From NCBI GenBank assembly GCA_030704615.1, contig CM060732.1:22630001-22694000 (forward strand): 64,000 bases of DNA. Direction: 5' to 3'. The notes below the pieces were generated by a model. The model saw nothing but the letters and a program-made list of their open reading frames with translations. It was not told the origin of the DNA and searched no databases. The translations under genes and the position numbers were made by a program. Origin of the DNA: Takakia lepidozioides. Its lineage: Eukaryota > Plantae > Bryophyta. Positions 11,001 through 19,852 of the stretch are shown here, in pieces (positions within the stretch are counted from its first letter, which is position 1; each line of letters starts with the position of its first letter).

Positions 11001-12131
11001 CCTGCTACAAGAAGACCTCGAGGAGTCAGAGAGTATGACTGGAGGGGAGGACTGGATGAGGAGCAGGAAGCTACCCTATTTGCTGCACACCCAGAATGGG
11101 AGCAGGTTGCAGAGATGCGGCTGGAAAGCCTAAGTTGTTTGAGAGGTATCTGCTGTGGTGTAGTGACAGCAACACCAATTGAAGAGGAAACCAACTGTTA
11201 CCCACCACATTTCTATGAAGAAAAGGAGGGAGAGATAGAAATCCTAGAAGAACCAGCCACTGTGAGCTTAAAGGATGAAGTGGTGACTGGTTGGACAATC
11301 ACAGCTGATGAGCAGGTGAGAGAAGTAAATGTGGGAACTCAGGAGGAACCGAGAATGGTGAAAGTAGGAGCTGATTTGGAGCCGGAATTCTTCGAAGAAG
11401 CTAAAAGCTTGTTCATCAAATACAGAGATGTATTTGCTTGGAGCTATGAGGATCTAAAAGGGATACCACCTGAAGTCTGTCAGCATAAAATTGAACTGGA
11501 ACCAGGGTCAGTACCAATCAAGCAGGCGAGGTATAGAATGAATCCCAACTACGCACAGAAGGTTGGAGAAGAGATAAAGAAGTTGGCTGAGGCTAAGTTT
11601 ATATACCCAATAGAGTATACAACTTGGTTGTCACCCATTGTTATAGTTCCCAAGAAGAATGGCAAACTAAGAGTATGTGTGAACTATAAGAAGCTGAATG
11701 CTTGTACGAAGAAAGATCCTTTCCCTTTGCCATTCACAGAAGCAGTATTAGACACTGTGGCAGGCCATGAGATGTACTCATTCATGGATGGCTTCAGTGG
11801 TTATAATCAAGTGCAAGTGGCAGAAGAAGACCAAGGGAAAACAGCTTTCATCACAGACTGGGGGGCTTATGCATACAAAGTCATGCCCTTTGGACTTTGT
11901 AATGCACCAGCGACCTTTCAGAGAGTGATAAGTGAATCTTTTCAAGAGTATCTGGATGATTTCATGCAGGTGTTTTTGGATGATTTCAGTGTGTACAGCT
12001 CTAAGAATGAGCACTTGCATAAATTGGAGTTATGCCTGGCCAGATGCAGGATGAGAGGTCTGGGCTTGAATCCCAGAGAAGTGTACTTTCTGTGTGAACT
12101 CAGGGGTGCTTCTGGGACACATTGTGTGTAA
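8097..12131 (+). CDS. Gag-protease-RT polyprotein
   Basis: Retrotransposon gag (FPIYSGKGDPDVHISQF, LFPCSL), three CCHC knuckles, protease LIDGGSGVN, and RT motifs MPFGLCNAPATFQR and FLDDF. Confidence 0.95.
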   Translation: MSDEREARRQRYSSKRESYLKANYPYLWERGIDIGESSGPLTPSRSKSASPIPEELELDATPSVSLQERLRELVQEEDQSRGERSEVHPWIKDLTEIFDKSWHGTPKAGTPVSEAEDEEGDEDVAEPTESSDSPTPLQLSYMSEEETQGQNLEDENREKKLEEEEYEEVDPTAEVETTTRTSQPVGPGSSGALGSQANEGVGSGGSGGLPGSGSGGTGSVGSSATEAGNTVNIVGPEAGSAQGPPLGGRSTTKTTGPEGPAPARVPAPVSGQKVGPQMALQPTRAKPPFPIYSGKGDPDVHISQFEHMCIVNNENGDDAKMRLFPCSLIKKASEWYARFPDNHFLTWNGLNTAFRNRFRTSKTEDEVYGSLQQLKQKKHETVEEYMEKMELMMKKLAAVPAPGLQKTWFVSGLRPELQKKVDMLPHNTVEEAFETANRIEQLGMLRREKKEDEDSEDESDEEEEQELKRKSKRKEKLKRDNYEKRLEEILKKYATEAATHWRKGVWCAKCQNEGHTTTECHMKEKHCTICKMDNHSTENCYYNRRTAAREPRQVRVHQVQPQPRRSNDQDHYGRSGGYNNGMEGRGNSRGNYQGNSRGNYQGNPRGNYQPGNQDYRNNPRPDQGRGPNGEELCYYCNQPGHRKAACSFWIRHQNEMRAPVNEGPVVAAHMVRPCVVPEVSTMIVTRSKAKLIPPVEEEEDETGSGNDMPEDEETWKDEKELHKEVADTIREMQKSTDIPVADSSDSDGEKEGSEEERKKEDADMQSNEETLAEVICQTKAEITIGQLLAVAPYCRHRLYQAINRIAQETGNTDLNSKVTSYNVKPEGREPVMDFDDSMPVIQLRIGSTELTDVLIDGGSGVNIMTDQLRKKLGLSNMKPAPFTVTMADQRSVQPLGLIRGVKIQIQKMIFMITVTVLKMDEVMEAYSLLLGRPWLKQARVFHDWNSQLLTVHNGMHEIQITTKKSSRLPATRRPRGVREYDWRGGLDEEQEATLFAAHPEWEQVAEMRLESLSCLRGICCGVVTATPIEEETNCYPPHFYEEKEGEIEILEEPATVSLKDEVVTGWTITADEQVREVNVGTQEEPRMVKVGADLEPEFFEEAKSLFIKYRDVFAWSYEDLKGIPPEVCQHKIELEPGSVPIKQARYRMNPNYAQKVGEEIKKLAEAKFIYPIEYTTWLSPIVIVPKKNGKLRVCVNYKKLNACTKKDPFPLPFTEAVLDTVAGHEMYSFMDGFSGYNQVQVAEEDQGKTAFITDWGAYAYKVMPFGLCNAPATFQRVISESFQEYLDDFMQVFLDDFSVYSSKNEHLHKLELCLARCRMRGLGLNPREVYFLCELRGASGTHCV

Positions 12132-15084
12132 GAAGGGACTCCTTGTGGATCCCAGGAAGACAGAGTCCATTAAAGTCTCTCCACCACCAGTGAATGTTAA
12201 GAGTTTAAGGAGATTCCTTGGGCAAACCAGTTATTACAGAAGATTTGTCAAAAGGTATGCACAAATAGCAGCACCATTGAGCAAGCTTCTGAAGAAAGAT
12301 GCAGTGTTTGCATGGACAGCTGAATGTCAACAGGCGTTTGAGGAACTTACACTGTCAGTAACAACTACACCTGTGCTGATTAACCCTCACTGGCATGTAG
12401 TATTTCATGTTCACTGCGATGCATCAGGAGAAGCGTTGGGAGCGGTGTTAGCCCAGAATGTTACAGGGAATATAGATTCACCTGTGTACTATGCTAGCCG
12501 GTTGATGAACAGTGCTGAGAGGAACTATAGCACAACGGAAAGAGAAGCATTGGCAATGATCTATGCAGTGAAGAAATTCAGGCATTACCTATTGGGAAGA
12601 AAGTTTATGTTTTATGTGGATCACCAGGCTCTGATATATCTGGTGAACAAACCTTTGATAAGTGGAAGGATAGCGAGGTGGTTAATAATCTTGCATGAGT
12701 TTGAGTTCGAGGTTATTTACAAGCCTGGCCGTTTGCATCTTGTGGCAGATCATTTGTCACGACTAACAACAGGAGAGGCCGCCACAGGAGTGGACGATCA
12801 GTTACCTGATGCGAGTTTATTTGTAATGGAGGTGCAAGGAAGTGCAGATGAATGGTTAGATTGGCAGTGGCCAATCAGATACTACCTTGCTCATGGTCAG
12901 TGCCCACCTAGTTATGGTAAGGAGCAGAGGAAGAGAATCGCTATCAAAGCTTTACCTTATACTATGGTAGGAAGCAGAATGTATAAGTTAGGACCTGATG
13001 GAGTACTAAAACGATGCTTGTACCACCATGAAGTAAATAAAGTCTTGGAGGAAGTTCATAAAGGAGTGGCTGGAGGTCATTTTGGAGAAGAGACTACCAG
13101 TAGAAAGATACTACTCGCAGGATACTGGTGGCCTACTTTGTTCAAAGATGTACATGAGTATTGTCAGAAGTGTGATGAATGTCAGAGGCTAGGACCTTTG
13201 CAGAGATCTGGAAGAATGGCCTTGCATCCTACAATGCCTACGGAACCATTTCAGAAATGGGGACTAGACTTTGTTGGACCAATTAATCCACCATCCAAGA
13301 ATACACAAAACAGGTACATAATTACAGCCACTGATTATACTACAAAGTGGGTGGAAGCTAAAGCTTTGAGGGACAACACAGCCAAGTCCACAGCAAGGTT
13401 CCTGTACGAGAACATACTTACACGATTTGGATGTCCCTTAGAATTTATCAGTGATCAAGGAAGTCACTTCATGAATGAGACCATTGAGTTATTGACTAAA
13501 GAGTTTATGATTGTGCATAGAAAGAGTACAACATATTACCCACAGGGTAATGGACAGGCAGAGGCTACCAACAAAATACTATGTACTATCTTGGCTAAGA
13601 TAGTCAATGCAAACAGAACGGATTGGGATACAAAGCTGCTGACAGCTTTATGGTCATACAGGACTTCGTATAAAGTCACCACAAAGTATACACCATTCCA
13701 ATTAGTTTATGGTATGGAAGCCTTACTTCCAGTGGAATTCCTGTTACCTACCATGAGAACGGAGTGGGGAAAAAGAATGGAATTGCAAGACTCCATCAAG
13801 GTCAGGAAACATGAATTATACCATGTGGAAGAAGTACGTGCTGATGCAGCTGATAATATGACCAGAATTCAGATGAAGAGAAAGGAACAGTTTGATGAAG
13901 GCAAGTTAAAGACTTTTAAGACGGGGGATTTGGTTCTATGGTTGCAGAAGAAAGGAAAGATTCAAGCTTCTAAGCTTAAATCACCATGGAAAGGACCTTA
14001 TGTCATACAAAAGATGTATGATAACAACACAGCCATGTTACAAACCATTAACAAAGAAATGCTGGGAAGAGTCAATGCAAATAAGTTGAAGGGGTACAGT
14101 GGTATCCATGACAAACCCCTGCAGCATGATTTGCATGTTGAACCGCAAGAGCAGTCACGGGCTGCACCAGTGTTACGAACGGAGTATGGAACACTTGTCG
14201 CTAGGCCCAGTATATATGACCGGGGTGGGCAAAACAAACGTGACACAGCCTATCACAGCCCATCACGGCGTGACACAGCCTATCACAGCCCATCACGGCG
14301 TGACACAGCCTATCACAGCCCATCACGGCGTGACACAGCCTATCACAGCCCGTCACGACGTGACACAGCCTATCACAACCTACCGCAGCGTGTCACAGCC
14401 TATCACAGCTTACCACAGTGCAACACAGCCTATCACAGCGTAACACAGTATGACACAGCCTGTCACAGCTCAACACAGCCTACTAAAGTTACACGATCCA
14501 TAGAATCAGTGACAAGTGGACACATAAAAACTTCAGGAAAATGGCTGAAGGAAGAAGAAACGGAAATTAATTTAAAAATAGACACGTGGAGGTCAGGGTG
14601 CGACACACAGCAGAGAATGAAGTGCAAGGACAGGTGTCAAAAAGAAAGAGGACAAGAACGGCCGTCAAAAGGGATGAAAGGCGGGCCCATTAATGAATAC
14701 GGAAAAAGGGAAACAGAACGAACGGCAAGTACAGAAAAACTGAATTCATGTCGCATGTGTGATCCTAGTGGACTATCCAACAGGGAAAGTCCACTAAAGA
14801 AGATAAAAGTTAAAATCCAGTCACAGCGGATACAGCCAATAGAAAACCAGAGAAATGATCAAGAAAATGGAGGGAAATTAAGCGCAAGAGGCGGCGTCGT
14901 TCTGAGTAACGGGCGTCTCGACAGGACAGGCCATAAATGCTATAACTTGGAAACTATGGAGGAACTAACAGACTATACGCTCGCAATATTACTTACGCAG
15001 TGGCAGAGACACGAAACGAAGAGCAGAGCTTTTCTCTTGAACAATGCTTGCAAGCCCCGCAGGCTTACAAGAGATTACCCATAG
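12094..15084 (+). CDS. RT C-terminus, RNase H and integrase (continues pol after a 1-nt insertion at ~12072-12074)
   Basis: CDASGEALGAVL, NYSTTEREALA, an HHCC zinc finger, WGLDFVGP, SDQGSHF, GQAEATNK and a GPY motif. Confidence 0.95.
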   Translation: MNSGVLLGHIVCKKGLLVDPRKTESIKVSPPPVNVKSLRRFLGQTSYYRRFVKRYAQIAAPLSKLLKKDAVFAWTAECQQAFEELTLSVTTTPVLINPHWHVVFHVHCDASGEALGAVLAQNVTGNIDSPVYYASRLMNSAERNYSTTEREALAMIYAVKKFRHYLLGRKFMFYVDHQALIYLVNKPLISGRIARWLIILHEFEFEVIYKPGRLHLVADHLSRLTTGEAATGVDDQLPDASLFVMEVQGSADEWLDWQWPIRYYLAHGQCPPSYGKEQRKRIAIKALPYTMVGSRMYKLGPDGVLKRCLYHHEVNKVLEEVHKGVAGGHFGEETTSRKILLAGYWWPTLFKDVHEYCQKCDECQRLGPLQRSGRMALHPTMPTEPFQKWGLDFVGPINPPSKNTQNRYIITATDYTTKWVEAKALRDNTAKSTARFLYENILTRFGCPLEFISDQGSHFMNETIELLTKEFMIVHRKSTTYYPQGNGQAEATNKILCTILAKIVNANRTDWDTKLLTALWSYRTSYKVTTKYTPFQLVYGMEALLPVEFLLPTMRTEWGKRMELQDSIKVRKHELYHVEEVRADAADNMTRIQMKRKEQFDEGKLKTFKTGDLVLWLQKKGKIQASKLKSPWKGPYVIQKMYDNNTAMLQTINKEMLGRVNANKLKGYSGIHDKPLQHDLHVEPQEQSRAAPVLRTEYGTLVARPSIYDRGGQNKRDTAYHSPSRRDTAYHSPSRRDTAYHSPSRRDTAYHSPSRRDTAYHNLPQRVTAYHSLPQCNTAYHSVTQYDTACHSSTQPTKVTRSIESVTSGHIKTSGKWLKEEETEINLKIDTWRSGCDTQQRMKCKDRCQKERGQERPSKGMKGGPINEYGKRETERTASTEKLNSCRMCDPSGLSNRESPLKKIKVKIQSQRIQPIENQRNDQENGGKLSARGGVVLSNGRLDRTGHKCYNLETMEELTDYTLAILLTQWQRHETKSRAFLLNNACKPRRLTRDYP
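14238..14480 (+). repeat. 30-bp tandem repeat (CGTGACACAGCCTATCACAGCCCATCACGG; translates as RDTAYHSPSR)
   Basis: Four near-perfect units followed by degenerate ones. The counterpart in the outer copy is at ~23110-23325. Confidence 0.9.
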
Positions 15085-18000
15085 CTTTCTGCGGCAACCA
15101 TACGTTTCTGCTTTGTGCACTACAGGCATTCCTGCAGTTGTTACAGCCAAAGCAGTTCTGTGAGTCTAAGATGAAGAGAGTGAGAGGAATGGAGGAAATC
15201 AGGGTGAAGAGCACCACAATTCTGCAGAAACAAACGATGGCTACCCCACAGGCGATAAAGATACTGAAGGAGCTGAGATTGGAAGGATTGCAAAGCATGG
15301 ATTGGACACTACACCATAGACAGTACATGTTACAATTTTTGCAGAACTTTGAGCCAAAGACAGGAACAACAACGGTGAAGGGAGTTGAATTAATGATTAC
15401 TCCCCTATACCTCCAGCAATTGTTTCGATTGCCAGCAGGTCATGTGTATGTGGAGGAACACAGGGAAAGACTGCAAATAGGGGATTTATTCCAAGAAGGG
15501 AGTTTCTTTAAAACTCAGGGTTATGCTTGTACCAAAGCTGTGTACCCAGGGTTAAAAGACATAGGCCAAGTATTGAACGTTCTGATTGCCCTGAAACAGA
15601 ACCAACAATATTTGAGCAGATCCTTCACAGAGGAAATCCTCAAAGGCTTGAAGGGACAAGAGGTACCATGGGCGGACATAATGTACAACGCACTGGTAGA
15701 GGAGATGAAAAGATTACAAGGTACTACCGCAAAATCTCCTATCATAGTGTCTGGCCCAATCATTGCTCAAATAATCCTTAGTTCTGGCATACTTAATGCA
15801 CAAGAAAGGAAGGAAATGGGAGTGTTTGAGCCAGAAACAACTGCAATGGAAGAGCAAGGCTCTTCACACAGTGAGGGTGGACTAGCAGCACAACCCGAGA
15901 CTAAGAGGCAGAGAAGGGGAAAGACTGTAGTGGCGGATCCACTGGCTTCACGGATTCCGCATGATAATGTTTCCCAAGCTCATGACCAGGAAGGGGCACA
16001 GCAGCACAAAAGAATGTTATTACTGGAAGCAGGACCTTCAGAGAGGGAGGAAGAAGTTACTTCTGCATCACAACCAACACAGCCACTTGAACGACTTGTC
16101 ACAAGGTCACAAGTTATCCATGCAGCTCAACCCGAAATAATTGATTTGGAAAGTGAAGGGATAGATATTCCAACTACAGAACAGATAGTGGCAGAAATAG
16201 AGAAAGGGGACCTTCTCTATGAATATTCTGGTCTGGTCAAGCAGACAGAAATCCCAGAGGTGCAACAGTTGCCCAAGAGAAATCCTGAGGTACATATAAT
16301 GCACACACCTGTGTCGGAGGTACCACAGGCGGAAGGCCATGACACTGTAGCACCGGTCATAAATGAAGTAGTTCAGGAAGAAAATCCGGTGGGACAATGG
16401 TCTGAATGGTTAGTGAGACATCATACTGTTGAAGATCGGGAGGAACAGCAGCAACCTCACCATGATGACCCTCAACAGGCAATGCTGATGAGTTCCATAG
16501 GCAGGACACTTAATTTGTTGGGGACTTATGTCAAAACCCATGTTCCAATTACCCAATTGACAGCCTTGAAAGAAGAACTCAGGAAGGAGTTTGAGGCTCG
16601 ACTTGCCACTGAGTGTGCAAACAAGGTCGATGAAGAGGTCACTCTCAAGATGAAGCAGGACTTGGCCAATACAGAAATGGCTTTGCAATTGGCCAAGCAA
16701 CAATTGATTGAGGCAGGCCTCGCGCAAGACCAGTTGCACGAAGCACATAAGCAACAGCTATACCAAATGCAGGTGCAGCATGAAAGCAAGTTGCAAGAAC
16801 TGAATGCACTACATACGGAGTTGCAGACAGTGCATAACAGGATGGCGATACAATGCGCTACATTTACAACTATGCTTGACCAATCAACAAAAGAAATAAA
16901 CAGTCAAGCGGAAAAATGTACGAAGGCAGAAGAAGAGAATGTGGAGCACATGAAGCTCATTGTCGATATGAAGAATACAATCTGTCGCAATGAAGATACT
17001 TTCAAGCAATACAGGCAGATGGAAGCTGAGAATGAGAAATACATCGTGGAGTTGCAACAAACCATCGTGGCCAATAGAAATGAAATCGCGGTCAGTAACA
17101 AGGCTTCGAAAGAAGCCAATAATCTACTTGCTGCCTATGCGCAATTGGTTGAGCCACAGGCGAAGCGCATGAAGGCTTTACAACAGCAGTTGGAATTGTA
17201 TAAGCTAAGAGAGGAGCAAACTCTCAGGGGAACCACAAGCAGCTTGGTGGATAACAGCCTTATGCAGGTCTGGTTAGCACAAGGGCCAGTAGAGGGCAAA
17301 AGCCCACGGAAGCTCACCCAAAGCGAGATGAATGAGCTCAGACTGCAGGTGCAGAACATTGCCACAACTACTATAGACAATGTCTATAGTAGGATAGCAG
17401 AGTTACAAGAGGATGTAGACGGACTCCAGACTCAAGTGGAAGACCTCACTTCAAACATCGACCAAAGAGTCTATATCCCTCAGGAACAGCTAATGGCTTC
17501 TTATTTGCAAGCCAGAACTCTGGCTTTTCAGTCTTCACAGGAGGTGCAGGAGATGCCAATGGTACAGGAACCAGTACCACCACCACCACAACAGGTCAGT
17601 GTACCAGTAGCTGAACCTGTGGTTACTACAACCACACCACAGCCACCACAGCCGGAGGTATGGGGCAATGCAGCTTTTAACCCACCTAAAACTCCAGCTG
17701 CCAGGGAGTACAGTAGGGCTATGATTATGCCCTTCAACCAAATTCCCATCATGTTGGATTTGGCTTGGAAAGAATTTAGTCCTCCGCAGTCATTCGCACA
17801 TTACTACCAAATCATGCGTATTTGGCTGCCAGTGGCAACCAGGACTAAAGTTCTTCCAAACAATCGACATATTGAAGATCATCACTTTGCACAATACTGG
17901 CACGAGGCAGGTACCATGTTGAGGGAATTGGTTGCTTTCCAGGTTGTACATGGACTCATTTATACCAAGACCAAGGAGATAGCAAGTATTGTCATGGGGT

Positions 18001-18722
18001 GCGGGCTATACTACGCTGCTTGTTTTCTGATACGTTACCACATAGAGCAACAAAAGATGCAAGCACGCTTTCAAAGTTACTCCAGTGGAGATCATTGGGT
18101 ATTACCTTCGGTGCCACCTCATATGTACCTATATGACCCAAAAGTTATGATACAGAAGGATTCTCAAATTCGTTCATGGTTTCAAGCAGCCTGCAACAAT
18201 TTGTCAACACAGAAATTCGGACTTGATGACATTTTCTATAAGGGACATATCGCATGGAAATACTTGCACGCTGCACCAGTAATTGGTACCCCACTCATCT
18301 GGACAGACAAGGAGCTCAGTGTCTACACCAATTTTGCTGTTCAACGGTTACACCAGGTTGTAAAATGCAAACTTCCAGACATGGTAGGACAGCATTGTAT
18401 GCCCCAGATGATTCCACAAAAAGTTCGAAAATTAAAACACCTGAGAGGCGATGAGGATTCTGATACAACTGTTTCTTCACAAAATTCTTTTGACATGGGA
18501 GAAGACTATGCAATTCAGATGGAAGAGAAGAAACAAAGGGGATCTCCTATGCCGGAAAGATTACCTCGATATCAGCCTCCAGAAGGCCTCACTTATCCAG
18601 GTAGTGATCAACCATCTCCATCAACCAGAGACAGACCTCGGGCTCGTACACACAGCCCACCACGAAACTCTCAACGTCAACAAGGTGCTCACTCACAAAG
18701 GTTTGCTACTCGGAAACAGTAA
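15000..18722 (+). CDS. Extra 3' ORF (ORF3, ~1200 aa) with a plant-transposon-protein-like N-terminus and a long coiled coil
   Basis: Open for 1240 codons (first ATG 15171). LQFLQNF...TVKGVELMITPLYLQQLFRLP resembles the Athila/Tat extra-ORF (Transposase_32-like) motif. The middle is heptad-rich. Confidence 0.8.
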   Translation: MAETRNEEQSFSLEQCLQAPQAYKRLPIAFCGNHTFLLCALQAFLQLLQPKQFCESKMKRVRGMEEIRVKSTTILQKQTMATPQAIKILKELRLEGLQSMDWTLHHRQYMLQFLQNFEPKTGTTTVKGVELMITPLYLQQLFRLPAGHVYVEEHRERLQIGDLFQEGSFFKTQGYACTKAVYPGLKDIGQVLNVLIALKQNQQYLSRSFTEEILKGLKGQEVPWADIMYNALVEEMKRLQGTTAKSPIIVSGPIIAQIILSSGILNAQERKEMGVFEPETTAMEEQGSSHSEGGLAAQPETKRQRRGKTVVADPLASRIPHDNVSQAHDQEGAQQHKRMLLLEAGPSEREEEVTSASQPTQPLERLVTRSQVIHAAQPEIIDLESEGIDIPTTEQIVAEIEKGDLLYEYSGLVKQTEIPEVQQLPKRNPEVHIMHTPVSEVPQAEGHDTVAPVINEVVQEENPVGQWSEWLVRHHTVEDREEQQQPHHDDPQQAMLMSSIGRTLNLLGTYVKTHVPITQLTALKEELRKEFEARLATECANKVDEEVTLKMKQDLANTEMALQLAKQQLIEAGLAQDQLHEAHKQQLYQMQVQHESKLQELNALHTELQTVHNRMAIQCATFTTMLDQSTKEINSQAEKCTKAEEENVEHMKLIVDMKNTICRNEDTFKQYRQMEAENEKYIVELQQTIVANRNEIAVSNKASKEANNLLAAYAQLVEPQAKRMKALQQQLELYKLREEQTLRGTTSSLVDNSLMQVWLAQGPVEGKSPRKLTQSEMNELRLQVQNIATTTIDNVYSRIAELQEDVDGLQTQVEDLTSNIDQRVYIPQEQLMASYLQARTLAFQSSQEVQEMPMVQEPVPPPPQQVSVPVAEPVVTTTTPQPPQPEVWGNAAFNPPKTPAAREYSRAMIMPFNQIPIMLDLAWKEFSPPQSFAHYYQIMRIWLPVATRTKVLPNNRHIEDHHFAQYWHEAGTMLRELVAFQVVHGLIYTKTKEIASIVMGCGLYYAACFLIRYHIEQQKMQARFQSYSSGDHWVLPSVPPHMYLYDPKVMIQKDSQIRSWFQAACNNLSTQKFGLDDIFYKGHIAWKYLHAAPVIGTPLIWTDKELSVYTNFAVQRLHQVVKCKLPDMVGQHCMPQMIPQKVRKLKHLRGDEDSDTTVSSQNSFDMGEDYAIQMEEKKQRGSPMPERLPRYQPPEGLTYPGSDQPSPSTRDRPRARTHSPPRNSQRQQGAHSQRFATRKQ

Positions 18723-18760
18723 ACCGTGAGGACACGGCTTTTTGAGGGGGGAAGGGGTAA

Positions 18761-19852
18761 TGTTAGAGGACTGTAGGGGACTTAGACACTTATACGGGAT
18801 CTGTAGGGTACCCTTAATTTTTGCACAGACTGAGACAAACAGGAACCTTAGGGGTGACAGCAGCGCACTGTAGAGGGGGGTTACATAGCCCACACAGCCG
18901 ACACAGCAGTCACAGCCCACACAGCCGTCACAGCCCACACAGCCAACACAGCCCGTCACAGTCGTCACAGCCCACACAGCCGACACAGCAGTCACAGCCC
19001 ACACAGCCAACACAGCCCGACACAGTCGTCACAGCCCACACAGCCCGTCACAGCAGACACAGCCCACACAGCCGTCACAGTCGTCACAGCCCACACAGCC
19101 CACACAGCCCGTCACAGTCGTCACAGCAGACACAGCCCACACAGCCAGTCACAGCCCGGCACAGCCACACAGCCAGTCACAGCCCGACACAGCCAAACAC
19201 AGCCAGTCACCGCTTGACACAGCTGTCACGATAATAGGGAACGAAGAGTAGGACAGGGAACGACTGTGGGGAACAACACCAGTGAAGGGAACATGTTAGT
19301 TCACATACGACGGTTAGAGAGGGAAACGGTTAGAACCGCGGATAGGAGGATAAAGGGAAGAACGGGGAATGATGAGGGGATCATTATTATCATTATTCGG
19401 GGAGGACTTCGGAGTCAGGCGGGAGCGGAAGTCGGTGAGCACGATGAAGGAGGAAAGAGGATTAGTAGATGCTTGTTATATGCAAAGCTGTAGGATATTG
19501 TAGAGGAGAATAGAGACACAATGGCTTCGGCCTGATACCTGATAAATCATAATCTGATACTTATACGATACAATCACACTGTGTAGAGAGATCTGAGTGA
19601 AGCTGTGGATTGAATGGAGGAGTGAAGGAAACCGATAAATTGATGAAGCAAACTGATACTTAATTATCAATGGTAAGGTAGCTAAGATGAATGCGGAAAA
19701 GGAAACAAATAGGAAACACCCCCATGATACACTAGCTGTAGGTCATGACTGATTGTTCTGCGCGGGCTGAGTACTTAGAGATTTCCAACTCTTCTATCTT
19801 GGAGTTTCCGCCTCGGATAGCGAAGGGATGGGTGAGTAAAAGCCGCGCGACA
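18761..19852 (+). repeat. 3' LTR of inner element
   Basis: Follows the PPT; TG..CA ends; followed by TSD GATGG. Confidence 0.95.

Larger units (their letters stand above)
6386..19852 (+). mobile_element. Inner Ty3/gypsy LTR retrotransposon (non-chromovirus, Athila-like layout), near intact
   Basis: LTRs at 6386-7487 and 18761-19852; TSD GATGG at 6381-6385 and 19853-19857. PBS TGGCGACCATACTGGGG at 7490; PPT GAGGGGGGAAGGGG at 18744-18757. Domain order is gag-PR-RT-RH-INT. Confidence 0.97.

Noticed and set aside
12065-12131. Programmed ribosomal frameshift within RT
   Set aside because: The outer copy reads through in frame (GLNPEKCTFCVNSG). The inner copy simply has one extra C (AATCCCAGAG), which is a mutation or a sequencing error.
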